A program made the position numbers and the translations under genes. From NCBI RefSeq assembly GCF_963676685.1, contig NC_092346.1:26226001-26290000 (forward strand): a stretch of 64,000 bases of DNA, in the 5' to 3' direction. Positions within the stretch are counted from its first letter, which is position 1. The number at the start of each line of letters is the position of its first letter. The stretch is from Mytilus edulis (lineage: Eukaryota). The notes under the pieces are model-generated. The model worked only from the letters and a program-made list of their open reading frames with translations, did no database searches and was not told the origin of the DNA. Of the stretch, positions 14,301 through 26,040 are shown one piece after another.

Positions 14301-17300
14301 TATCTAACACAAAATAGTCCCTACGCATGAGTGTAACTTTCTAAACATGTAGAATATATATGTTTTTTTTTGGTATCAAATGAGAGCTGAATGACTGGTG
14401 ATCATTGTAGAACACTTTTTGACTCATAATTTTGGATATTTAAAAAACTGCACCAAATTTTAAAAAGAAGGTACATTTTGCCTGTTTGTCATGTGTAGGT
14501 ATATCCGAAATTATGGGAATCAGTTCTTTCTTATATGCCATTAAAGGTATGTTGATTTTTTCAGTACAAGGCACTGTAAAGTGTAGCTTTGACATGCAAT
14601 GAATGTCACTTTATTTGAACTTAAAATGAAAAAGCTGGGTCTGCTTGAAATAGAGGAATTTAATATAGAAAGCAAAGGGGCCATGAATTAGTGGTGTACT
14701 TCCTTTTCTGTCGGTGGGGCTTAAATTAATCATAAATTAATTTTCTAGATGTCAGTAATATGTTAATTTTATGTTAGTAGCTATATATTTTTCATAAAAT
14801 AACCACAAAGACTCGTTAAAAAACAACTGCAAGCTCATGGAACATTTTTGTGGTAGGGTTGGTGTATCTCAATCTCAAGATTTCGGATTAGTGTTTTTGC
14901 ATTCTGTCTTTCTTTAACTTGTTGTATTCTACAGCCCACACTAAATTTGGAATGCTTGTCAAAATTCTTTAAAGCCTAGTTGATCCATTTATTTAAAACA
15001 ACCCTGTTACCATAAGAGTTGATACACTGTCTCTCAAGTGGGTCTCATTGGGGTCTAAGCATGACGCAGGATTGCTGATTTTTTGTAAGCGTGACACGTG
15101 AAAGTCAAATTATTGTGTCGTGAAAACGGGAAATGAGGTCTTGCGGGATCCGGGAAATGATAAAAAAATTGAGAATTGCTTATGTACATAGTGTAAGCGG
15201 GATACAGGAATCTGACAATACAGTAAGTGGGATCCGAGATCAGAACCCCCCATTGAGACCCCTCTCAATCATTACCTCTGATCTAAGGTGTAAGTATATT
15301 CTATATGTTTATTAAATTGTCCTGCAATCTTTGTTACTTCCTTGATCTAAAAAAAATAAATAAGTGCATACAGATAATATACTTATATCATGAATATATA
15401 GTATTATTTGTATGTAGTGATTCCTCATATTACATTTATTAAATATTATATATCTCTCAGCAGCTCAAATACAGCAATAACTAAAAGACGACATCAAAAG
15501 TTCAATGTAGGATAAAAAACTTAATTGATATAGTTTTTTCTCTGACCACCTACCCCCTCTTGGCTTTTGCACCATTTTTGACCCATCACCCATCCTCCCC
15601 CACCCCAAAACTATTTGAATTAAGTTTTTTATCCTTCTTTGAATTTTTGATGTCATCCCTAATGTGTTTAATATTTTTATGCAATGATCGATAAACATAG
15701 CATTCTCAACAATGCCTGCTAAGAATGATTCTGACAACAGAAATAGGAATGTTACACATCATTTTATAGATAACTTAATATAAATTTAAGACATAACAAG
15801 TTTCAGTAGATTAATCCCTGCGGAAACAAAGCGATTTGGTATTTTGTGTTATATTACATAAGGTATAATATGGTGTTGTTTTTTTTTCGAGAGGACATGT
15901 GAAAGAAATAGAAAAACAGGTCCTGATTTTTTTAGACAAACTCTTTATAATCTTCAGAATTTCACAGACCAAAAAAATCCTTTTTATCTTTACTAAAGTT
16001 TGTTTACCAATAACATATGAAATATATCTTAGTATGTTGGTTGTAAGAAGTCCTTAAAACCTTATTTCCCCTCTTTTGTTTAGAATAAGTATTTTTACAA
16101 AAAATTACTAGCAAACTTACATACTTACAATAGTTTTTTAAAATAAAAATTTCCTACCTTTGATTTTACTAATGATACTGGGTGAAACAAGGCCTCATAC
16201 TGATTTACCCAAGATGCAATTCTCTTTAGCCAGGGCTAAAATAATAAAAGGCAAAAATCACATGTATCAATAGATCCTACATTCTGTGTATGTGATTTTG
16301 CAGAGGTATTTAATAGTTGTCAACAATATAAATACTTTTTATCCATTTGAAGAAAAATCGAATAATTTAAACATTCGTCATTTTTTCTAGTAATTTATAC
16401 TGCACGAGGTAACAAATTTTGTAATAAGGAAACACCAAAGATTAAAAAGTTGCATACAAAGTTACTCAAATGAACTATTAAATTATTTTTTCAAAATACA
16501 AAAAATAGCACATGGTTCCATGATGTACTGGTACAAAACATATATTAACCTTTTTACAACAGTCATCTGCAGGCTGGTACTTTGATGTTATGTGTACTGT
16601 TACTATGACAACAGCAGTACATAGTGACTTGGGAAAAGTAAAAACATCTGCTTCACCATGACTTAGTCTATCTCGTATACGTGGTCCACTTGGATATGTT
16701 AGCAAATCCATTAATATTTCCTGATAATAAAACAAAAAGCATTTGAAGTGGAATTCAGTTGAAATTCAATGTTTTATAGGTATTATGAATTTCATTCAAT
16801 GTTGCCTTTGCGAAAAAGAGATTCTATTTAGAATTCTTAAGGTGGTACCCAACACTTTCTCTAAAATTAATTTGGCTCGTTTAATTTTCATAAAATTTTG
16901 ACAAAGTATTTACTTTGACCCTTTAACAAAAATATAAAAAATTCAAAAAATTTGAACCAAGCGTTTTATCAGAAAAATTACACTGGTTATATAGCAGTTT
17001 GACAAACACTAATTTTGATCATTGAGAAGCTTTATATTGCCTTCACAAGGCAACGTAATTAAAACGTTTAGCTGATATTACAGAGTTATCTCCCTGTAGT
17101 GTTAGGTACCACCTTAATTGCAATTTTCTCTCTCTCCTTCTCTCTCACAGCTGCTAGGGAGAGAAATTAGATCACTGTTCAAGATTCATATTATTATAAT
17201 CATATTGTGCAATGCAAATTATTTTCCACTGAGGTATAGGGGGATGGTTGAGATCTCACACAACATGTTTAACCCTACCACATTTTTGCACCTGTCCCAA

Positions 17301-20300
17301 GTTAGGAGCCTTTGGCCTTTGTTAGTCTGATTTTAGTTCATTTATATATTCAAGAGTTAAGTATGATGTCCGTTATCCCTGAACTAGTACACTTTTTTGT
17401 TTAGAGGCCAGCTAAAGCACCCTTCCAGGTTCAGGATATTCTTGCTATGTTGGTTGACCCATTGGTGGTCTTTGGCTGTTTTCTGTTTTTAGGCTGGGTT
17501 GTTGACACATTCCCCATTGCCATTCTCAATTTTATGAAGCCCATATCAAAGTATTTTCTCATGGGCACTGTCCATGGTTGATCTTAAGTATGTAGAATGT
17601 TTGTACACTTAGTGTTTTAATGTTTTTAGGCAGTTCAGAAGGCAAATTTGGTTTACAAATGAACATATGTTTATAAAGCTTTTTTTAGACCATATATAAA
17701 AGAAGATGTGGTATGATTGCCAATGAGACAACTATCCACAAAAGACCAAAATGACACAGACATTAACAACTATAGGTCACCATATGGCCTTCAACAATGA
17801 GCAAATCCCATACCGCATGTCTAGTTCATACTGAATGGAGAAAATTGTACAGAGTAAAGTCAGAAATGCAGTGTTCAGTTCAGTGTTTGATATTTAGAAT
17901 TAGATAAACTAACCATAATAGACTCTCCAATCTCAGATGGCAGCTTATTTTCTACATTTTCTGTGACATATTGATCAAGAATCTATCAATAAAAATAAAA
18001 GTCATTCAGCATTCATTTATTCATTAAAAATGTAAAAAGTCTTGTTTAACATTTGCTGTAATATTGCCTGTAAAAAAGTTTAATCTGTTTTCAAACCACA
18101 AAATTAAGATAAAATACCAGAAAATAATCTGAGCTCTTCAGCTTATATCCATTTGGGCCTTTAAAATCTTAGTAACTGCTCATCACACATTAATTTGGAA
18201 AATTGGTAATGGATTCATTTGTACTTTCATTTGTTGTAAGATGAACAATATCCAAATATGAGATTCTTTAATTCTATCTGTAATGCACTTTTCTATTGTT
18301 CTAAACAACTGCAACATTTCACATCTGGTCCGAGTACACAGTTTTTCGTAGTGCATTTCTTTTAGACAATAAATGGAAATGAAAAAAAATCCAACCTGCG
18401 CTTTCTTAATAATATTTTTACAGTGTTATGTACTACTTTTGGGACAAATTATATCAAAACTATAGAAAACTTCATCAGCTCTAACTCAAAATATGGACAA
18501 TTTTATGTTCAGGGGATCTTAAAATCTTTTGACAGCTTCCAGGATACTTATTTTTAAACTTTTTCAGCTGGACCAAATCACTACTTTACTTATATTTGAG
18601 GTATAAAACATAAATAAATAAATTTGAAAGGGGTATAAAACAGATTGGCAAGTAACACACTGTCCACACTAGGGACTATATTCGTGGACAACGAAAATCA
18701 AGGGACGATAACTGTGTACTCGGACCATCTGATACTAAATAGTAATGTGGAATCTGTTAAGCAATGGGAGATAACTCAATGTTTTTTTGTTTTTTTCCCC
18801 ATTTTACATATCATGTACTTTCTAATGTTGAAAGGACAGCAGTATTTGACATCTGATAGTAAATAATAAATCCATCAGTATAATCTATTAAGATAGGGAA
18901 GATTACACAATAAACATGTAATTTGAAAATAAAACAAAACCTTTAAATAAGTTTGATAGCCTACCTCATCAAGAGTAGTATATAATGTTGTTGCCTGAAA
19001 GAGCAAAGTAAATTTCATCTATTAAATACAAATAATAAAATAAAACAATGATTAGGGTTTTTAAAAAAAAGATTACTAATGATAAAGACAATACATAAAT
19101 ATCAATTTCCTTTAATTTATAATCTGGTTTAAAAAGCTGATACCGATGGGCAAAATTCCCATATTTGTTTAATTTTACACAAAAATAAAAAATTGTCAGG
19201 TTCTGTCAGATCCCTAATCATAACATAAATCTTATTAGATCATTCCATGTAAATGTAAATTGTAATCCTTTTTGATGTGTAAGAAATAGCAAAGACTCCA
19301 TGGTTCTGTTTTTGAAATTAAAAATTCAAATATTTTGGCATAAATGAATAAAAAAAACAAAAAAAACTCAGACTGAGTGAAATATTTAACAATGATACTA
19401 ACCTCAGCTGTAATGGTTCTCCCTGGACAATTGTTTACAATAGAAAACTGACATCTAAGGGCATGTTCTAACAAAGGTAACAGCAAAACCATAGCCAGGC
19501 CTGGTTTATCAGTGTTATACAAGTCTATGCAGTGGTTCCAAAGTGTTAGTTGGTATTTAGGTATGAAGCTACTGGTTTGCATTAATATCTTCATCTCTTC
19601 TGACGTCATGTCATTTATATCTGATTCAATAAAACAAGAAATCAAAAGTTATATATCTGTGGTAATATTAACTGATCAACTTTGGTTAAAACAAGCTCTT
19701 AGAAATTATGAAATAAAAAAGAATAGACAACTTTCGAGTTCGATGCATTTCCGTCAAGAACTCTGGTTTTAGTGAACATCATCCGTGCGTTTCGGGGTAT
19801 CGTCATTTCCGTTCCTATGTTGAGCTAGTAGTTTGAAAACTATAATGCTATATTGTACAAATTATTCGGCAAATTAAATTCTTCTAATTGACAATCAGCA
19901 CTGCTGTCATTAGTGAATTGTGATTAGGTTCTTACGAAAAACAAACATTATTTCTAGTTTATCCTGCACAATGACGATTACTAAAAACTTGATGAATGTT
20001 AAAAGTGCAGGGATACAGGCAATCCCCTCTATCTGGTAAATGACGTAATTAAGGCGCGCATAATTGACGAGTTTTTCCTGGTGACGGATGAACTTGAAAG
20101 TGGTCTATAAACCGGCTGTAAGAAAATTTAAAAGCATCCAGAGTCAAACATAATAAAGAGGTCAAATATGTTCAGCTAGAAGTTGTCTTGGCATGTGCCT
20201 TTCTTTTTTTCCCATACAGTATACTTCTACACTTTGAACCTCAATTCAAAGGTCATAGGAGGAGGATAATATAAAGGTTTAGATGAATCTTGTCTTGGTT

Positions 20301-23300
20301 TAAATGAATACCTGGCAATATCTCTGCATACTGACTGTCTTGATGAAATATTATTGGTGATCTATGAGGAATATCTCCTTGTAAATACTGATCCAGACTT
20401 GGTAAAACTATTAACAGAAAACATGTGTATCTGAAAAAATAAAAATAAGTCCATGTTCTTTAAATTAAGAAATAGGTGTGGTAAAGTCCTTATGTTGTCT
20501 TGCAACTGATGATGAATGGCTGTTTCATATCCAGAAAAAAATTACTTGCATATTCAGGACAAGGATATGTTAATGTGGTAAGAATAGAAACGCTGCTTTT
20601 TTGCTAAAAAGTCAAGGTAAGCTTGATTTTTAACGTGCTTCTTCACAATGTAACACTCTGAAATTATTATTCTGATTCTGAGCCCAGCAGTCTTTGCTCT
20701 TTCTCCTAAAATACTGTTTATTAGTTGATAAGCAGCAAAAAATATTTTTCCAGTCTTTGGTTTGACCCATTCAGGGGATTTATACATTCCATTTCAAAAA
20801 TGATAAATAAAATAATTGAATAACAAGAATGTGTCCAAAATACATGGATGCCCCACTCGCATTATCATTTTCCATGTTCAATGGACCGTGAAATTAGGTA
20901 AAAGATCTAATTTGGCCTTAAAAGTAAAAAGATCAACCAAAAGGGAACATGTGTATTAAGTTTCAAGTTGATTGGACTTTAACTTCATCGAAAACTACCT
21001 TGACCAAAAACTTTAACCTGAAACTTACACTTTTAATTTCTATGTTCAGTGGACCATGAAAATGGGGTCAAAAGTCTAATTTGGTTTTAAAATAAGAAAG
21101 ATCATATTACATGTATAAGGAACATGTGTACTAAGTTTCAAGTTGATTGGACTTCAGGTTCATCAAAAACTACCTTGACCAAAAACTTTAACCTGAAACT
21201 AGCACTTTTAATTTCTATGTTCAGTGGACCATGAAAATGGGGTCAAAAGTTTAATTTGGATTTAAAATAAGAAAGATCATATCATAAGGAACATGTGTAC
21301 TAAGTTTGAAGTTTATTGGACTTCCGCTTCATCAAAAACTACCTTGACCAAAAACTTTAACCTGAAGTTGGACGAACAGACAGACGGACGAACGAATGAA
21401 CGGACAAAAAGACGGAAGGACGCATAGACCAGAAAACATAATGCCCCTCTACTATTGTAGGTGGGGCGTAAAAATAAATGTAAATGTAAATTGCAAATAT
21501 ACAAGGAAATTAATGAAAAAATATAAATGCAAGTTTACATAAATGATTATTTTGCGCAGGTGGTAATCACATCAGACCTTTTCTAATTATAAAATTATCA
21601 AATAATTTGCACCTTTTATAAAAAAAAACTTACATAAAGATTTAAACATTTGCTGAAATCATCATACAGGTATATCCATTATCTAGTTAAATATTTTTTG
21701 ATCATACATTCATTCTAGTATTCATTTGGAAGAAACATTACTGAGAAGAATTAGGAGAAAGGGCTTTTTCCAGAATTTATTAAATGGGGGCATAGAAATA
21801 CACTTTTATTAAAATTTGATGGGTGGTGGTTATTCAAGGCAGATAGTGAAAACCTTTATTTGAAATAATCAATTAAAGTTTAGGGGAGGGGAGGGGAGAG
21901 GAGGGGTGGCGAGGAGAGGTTAAATAAAAAATGTCTATCCATCCCATATAAACTTAAGTTTTACTAACTGAAAAAAAGATTTAAATCTGATTTAAGAAAA
22001 AAATGTGAGTATTGTTACAACTTGCCTTTTTGAAATTTCCTGTTCTGTAGGAAATCCATGCCAAATAACATTCCTTAGATTCAATGAAATAGGTGGACCA
22101 ATAACAGCTCTTAAAACTTGAACCTGAAAAAAAGTAACACAAAATTGCCATAACCATTTTTTTTCAATCAATTGTTTTTTTAAATATTTTTTTTATAAAA
22201 ACATCTTTCCTTGAATTTTTTTACACTGAGGCTACTTTTAAAGAAAAAAAAATGATTGTCTAAATAAGAGTTGAAAGCCAATTACAATAAAGCTTATATA
22301 TTTAAATGAAGTTAAATCTGCATCGTAAATTTTGTATTATTCCTTCTTAATCCTGATGGAATATGATAAAGCAGTCATAATATAGAATATTTTATTTTTA
22401 ATATTTACATAAGAGTTAAATTTTTGTCTTGCAAAATAAATAAAATTGAGGCATACAATCTTCCAGGAAGGGAAACTCTCAATATCATTTTTATATTCTA
22501 ACCTAAAGAGACTCAAAACAAACAATACTTACAACAGTAGGCCCAAAGATTTTCTTTAGTGTTGAAGATGATAGAATATCTTTTAACATAGAAGGACAAA
22601 TGGTATTCTCTAACAAATACACCTGTAATTAAATGTTTATTACATGATTTGTGTATTTATTTATACTTGCACTAGAAACCAAGGGAGAAAACCCTATTAC
22701 AGCAAATTCCATTGAGTGTGAAGCCAAAGGTAATATCTTTGGTTAGCTTGCTTGTTAGCTGAACCGTGAAGTCATTGTTAGGTTAGGTAAATTACCCTAC
22801 TTTAAAAATAGACTAGTCTGACAGAAAACCAATCGATCTGTTTGTTGGACTATGCTACTTTGAAAGGAGGGTAGTATACCTTACCTTATAAAGACTTCAC
22901 GGTTCAGCTAACAAGCAAGCTAACCAAAGATATTACCTTTGGCTACACACTCAATGGAATCTGCTGTAAAATTAAATCAAAAGGCACCTATTACAGAGTT
23001 TACATGCTCTTTACAGACATGGAGCTGACATGGTACTTATAGGGTGATCTTATAACAAGTTGTCTTCTGTAATGTTGAATACTGCACTTACATCTTTAAG
23101 TGGTCTGTCTAGACATGGGGCAGCCAGTGTGATCTTATCACAAGTTGACTATTTGAAAGGTAAACCAGAATATAAGACAAATTATATTTTGTGACATACA
23201 ATTAGATGACGAACATTTCATTCTTTTCCCTGATGAACAAAAAAAACTTGATTATACATGTCTGTACGTCTTTTTATAGACATGGGGCAGGTAGGTTGGC

Positions 23301-24916
23301 CTTTAAACAGGTTGACTGATGTGCTTAAACCTCCAAGCACTCTTTATAAACATTGGACACAAAGGGAGGTCTTACAACAGGTTGACTTCTGTACCTACTG
23401 TTGCCTCTCTTAAGTGGTCTCTTAAAACAGGTTTCCGTTTGACTGTAATTTGGTCTATAGTAGGTTTATAAATACTCTAAGGTTGACAACTGTACTTACA
23501 TCTCCAAGTGCTCTTTCTAGACAAGAAGTAACCAGTAGAAGAGCTAAATAATTGTCTGTTAACTTGTCAGTCTTAAGTAGCCTGAAACATTCTTTGATGA
23601 CCTACAAGTTAAAAGAGTAAAAATGCAGAATAGCAATAATTTTGCATAAATTTGCAACAATTTGCAATGTGTGAAATTTAGCAATAAATTCTTTTATTTT
23701 TTTGTTTGTACATCCATATTTCAAAGGAGATTCTCATGTATCATGGTGTTTAATATATGTTCAACCTCATATGCAGGATCATAATATAGATGATTTAAGG
23801 TGAGAATTTGCTGTTCTTTGGCTGCTTACAACTGGTACATTTTTATTGTTCATTTCATACAAATCTATTTTCTAAAAATATCTTTTAATGTAATGGTATG
23901 TCTTCTTTGTTTATAAATTCTGCTCCAATATTGAGACTTTAATATTATCTTTATGTTTTATTCAGTATATGGAAACTTTACAAATTAGTTTTTACAAATC
24001 CTTAACAAATTGGTAGTGGTTAAAAAGCATAAATTTCATTTTCTTTTTTGGTTGGAAAGGCTGAAAACCAACTATGATTCAATTATATATATATATTTTT
24101 TTAAACTAAAAGAAACAGGATATAAACATTGTTGGTCCTTTTTAGAGATCTTACAATAGTTCTGACTTGTTTCATCACAAATTACAATACCTGTTCTTGA
24201 CATGTCCAAGAAATAAGGTCACTGAAATGATGCAAAAGGTCATCTACTGTCATTTCTTGAACACAATGTTCACATTCTTTAAAAAGAAAGCCAAGTCCAA
24301 AAATACACTTTTCAAAATAATCATCGCTGTTTGTATCTTCTAAACATTCATCTGTAGGAAAATACAATATTTTTTTTATTTTTTTTTCAAATATTTTCTA
24401 CTGTCATCACCTGAAACACATTAGGCATACAAACATATGAGAGGTACAATGTACCTACATGGAAATTAGATACTAGATTTGACTTTAGAATGTAATGAGG
24501 AGCAGACTCATAAACACATTTTAGGATGCCTTATCTTTCTCTCCTCTTTTATCAAGGTATAATAAATTTATCAAGGTATAATAAAGAAAAAATGAAAAGT
24601 ATTTTTTTAAATAATTTATTTGCATGCTTTTGACAGTAAAGTTAAACATGAATTTATAAATGTTCCCTGCAATTTTTTTTACCTTTTTCATTCAAATATA
24701 TTCACAAAATAGGCACCATAAAAAGTTATGTCCTACATCAATAAACTTTATTCATTGTAGTTGATAAATACCTGGTAAAACCTGTCTTAACATATCCCAA
24801 CATATAATCTTGGATGAAGACAAGAAACTAACAGGGCTTGATTCATTATGAACCCCAACCTCTGTTATCAACCTCCTGACCTTTGGAGACAATGCAGTCA
24901 GCAACAACTCAGCCAT
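2372..24916 (-). CDS. ERMARD: ER membrane-associated RNA degradation protein (ERMARD/C6orf70, DUF4209), 17 coding exons, about 659 aa
   Basis: Exons spliced by hand with consistent phases: 24772-24916, 24191-24351, 23500-23601, 22533-22622, 22026-22123, 20312-20430, 19403-19620, 18965-18994, 17914-17982, 16550-16720, 16158-16235, 15276-15346, 11228-11365, 8956-9037, 7651-7826, 7015-7116, 2372-2501 (1980 nt including TGA). Recognisable ERMARD motifs appear in order: [105 protein letters not shown] short upstream first exon near 25890-25960 is possible but not established. Confidence 0.93.
2839..3066 (-). mobile_element. Degraded tRNA-derived SINE with V-domain-like core and (TCAA)n tail
   Basis: The minus strand begins GGGCCTCAGCAGCTTAGTGGTCTAAG (A-box-like), has the core GACTTCCTCCACCAAT and ends in AATCAAT..AATCAATC. 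The same core and tail occur at 12922-13040. Confidence 0.55.
3196..3850 (+). mobile_element. Abundant interspersed repeat (AAAATTGAGAATGGAAATGGGGAATGTG family)
   Basis: The same sequence recurs in part at 17230-17533 (-), 37560-37680 (-), 39882-39980, 43990-44060 (-) and 46160-46250. Confidence 0.8.
8310..8670 (+). mobile_element. HINE/pearl-like non-autonomous element
   Basis: It has an AACAAG start, an internal duplicated block, a (GACT/GACG)n microsatellite at 8567-8622 and a 3' hairpin TATACCCCC..GGGGGTATA followed by an A-run. Confidence 0.7.
9158..9756 (+). mobile_element. HINE/pearl-like element with two ~170-bp internal repeats
   Basis: It has an AACTAGATGTGTC start, two internal tandem units, (CGGAAT)-type short repeats and a 3' hairpin CGACAACTTCGTTGCGGGGCC followed by an A-run. 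Confidence 0.65.
9855..10484. repeat. 126-bp tandem array, 5 near-identical copies, in an ERMARD intron
   Basis: The unit AAAGCTCTGAAAGAGTGAATGAATCAGGCTTCCCATTTGG...GAGATAACAAACACA repeats at 126-bp spacing and produces the 42-aa periodic ORF 9878-10360. Confidence 0.95.
12030..12233. mobile_element. MITE with GAGGG...CCCTC ends and 6-bp TSD TATTAC
   Basis: TATTAC at 12024-12029 and 12234-12239 flanks short imperfect terminal inverted repeats. Confidence 0.75.
12558..12700 (+). mobile_element. Abundant interspersed repeat (GATGTGGTATGATTGCCAATGAGACAAC family)
   Basis: Other copies lie at 17696-17818, 27040-27480, 31040-31180, 37320-37400, 42740-42850, 44285-44466, 49110-49230, 55010-55200, 56070-56252 (-) and 62590-62780. 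Confidence 0.85.
12922..13040 (+). mobile_element. 3' part of a V-domain-like SINE with (TCAA)n tail
   Basis: GGTTTTCTTTTGGGACCCTGGTTTCCTCCACCAA core, then TGTTGAAAGTGGTGTTGAACACC and AATCAATCAATCAATC. Confidence 0.55.
15038..15264. mobile_element. MITE with GGGTCTCA...TGAGACCC inverted ends
   Basis: Inverted termini GTGGGTCTCATTGGGG and CCCCCCATTGAGACCCCTC, with internal GCGGGATCCG motifs. It ends about 10 bp from an ERMARD splice donor. The TSD is ambiguous. Confidence 0.65.
16841..17113. mobile_element. TTAA-flanked MITE (Kolobok-like GG termini)
   Basis: TTAA|GGTGGTACCCAACACT ... AGTGTTAGGTACCACC|TTAA. Confidence 0.8.
18327..18726. mobile_element. 400-bp MITE with GGTCCGAGTACACAGTT TIRs and 4-bp TSD ATCT
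   Basis: ATCT|GGTCCGAGTACACAGTT ... AACTGTGTACTCGGACC|ATCT. Confidence 0.85.
19724..20107. mobile_element. MITE with TAGAC...GTCTA termini (Academ-like ends)
   Basis: TAGACAACTTTCGAGTTC pairs imperfectly with GAACTTGAAAGTGGTCTA. Confidence 0.6.
20655..20780 (-). mobile_element. SINE remnant (Meta-domain/RUDI-like)
   Basis: The minus strand reads GGGTCAAACCAAAGACT...TTTGCTGCTT...TTAGGAGAAAGAGCAAAGACTGCTGGGCTCAGAATCAGAATAAT, resembling mollusc Meta-SINE cores (from recall). Confidence 0.55.
20822..21475 (+). mobile_element. HINE/pearl-like element with about three ~180-bp internal tandem repeats
   Basis: It has an AACAAGAATGTGTCC start, repeated CATCAAAAACTACCTTGACCAAAAACTTTAACCTGAA units, a (GACG/GAAC)n tract and a 3' hairpin GCCCC..CTAC..GTAG..GGGGC. 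Shorter copies lie on the minus strand at 26628-26843 and 31634-31935. Confidence 0.85.
22700..22966. mobile_element. TA-flanked MITE with ~75-bp TIRs (Tc1/mariner-type)
   Basis: TA|CAGCAAATTCCATTGAGTGTGAAGCCAAAGG... and ...CCTTTGGCTACACACTCAATGGAATCTGCTG|TA. A decayed relative lies near 54300-54430. Confidence 0.9.
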
Positions 24917-25960
24917 CTAATAATTTTGAAAGAAAACACACATATATATAGAAATGAGTAGAATGGCATCAAAGTGTGAATAACAAGACATTGCATCTTA
25001 TTCTACTCTCAGTTTTGTAATGCTTATGAGATTGCTAATTTACACGCTTTTCTGTGTATCCCATGAACAGGGGATCTCAACATAATATTTTAGGTATAGA
25101 TGTGCACCTGGTATGTCACCACATACAGACAAGAGAGTCAGCCATGGATAGGTTAACACAAACAATGTATTATGCACAGACATCTGAACAATATATACAG
25201 CACTAAAGCTCAGAGGTTTGTGATTTTTTGTGGGGTTCCAATAGATAGTCAACGCGGCAAATAGTAACAAACCCCTCTGACTATCATAACCACCATGCAT
25301 TCTATATATCTCTGTCAAACATCCAGTTCATTCATAGTACCAATTCCCCTCAAAGTCTTTCCACCATAGCCAATTTATTTTGTTCTTTACATATGATATA
25401 TTGTATGCATAAATTGCTATTAAAGCTTGATAATGGAATATTACCCATTTAACATAATCAGAACCACTTTACAAAGTATAGTCAAACTTGCAATATGGCA
25501 GAAACGACTGTAGCCAAAACATCTTGCATCGACAAATATACAAAAAATAAAAATATAAGAAGAAAATTGACAACTCTAGTTCTTATAGCCATCATCAATA
25601 GATGTGAGAAGAATTATTAACAGATTAAAACATAACTAACAGATCAAATAACTCAATATTTGTAAACAATCATAACACCTGGCAACTCGAATCACAAATG
25701 ACAAATGTTGTGGGTTTGTCTGTAAGCAGATGAGCTGTGTGGCCATAAATAATTAAAGTGATTTCATTATGATAGCAAACAAATCATAAATTTGCTCAGA
25801 TTGACTTTGCATTTCCTTCCTGTGTGTAGCTGGCACTGTTTAGATTCGATTGCCTAAACAAATGTAAATTTTCTAATCCCAAAAAATCTACTTTCATTTC
25901 GAATGGCGTCAATAATTATAGAGTCTGTAACGGTAGAAACGTCATTTTCCGTGTATTCAT

Positions 25961-25978
25961 TTTGGCGGGAAATTCAAA
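25961..25978. promoter_or_regulatory. Composite E2F/CDE-CHR element in a putative bidirectional promoter
   Basis: TTTGGCGGGAAATTCAAA is an E2F site (GGCGGGAAA) abutting a reversed CHR (TTCAAA). It lies in a locally CpG-richer patch between the ERMARD 5' end and a plus-strand exon ending AAG|GTAAGA at 26040. Confidence 0.6.
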
Positions 25979-25979
25979 C

Positions 25980-26040
25980 ATTCAAGAGACGTCGATGACC
26001 ACAAAGGTAGTGGTGACAACTTCAAGAAATATGTAGGAAG
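25980..26040 (+). other. Putative non-coding first exon of the 1026-aa gene (start approximate)
   Basis: There is a strong donor GGAAG|GTAAGA at 26040/26041. A matching acceptor TTTTGTTTATGTTTTCAG ends about 13 nt upstream of the ATG at 27550. Confidence 0.5.
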
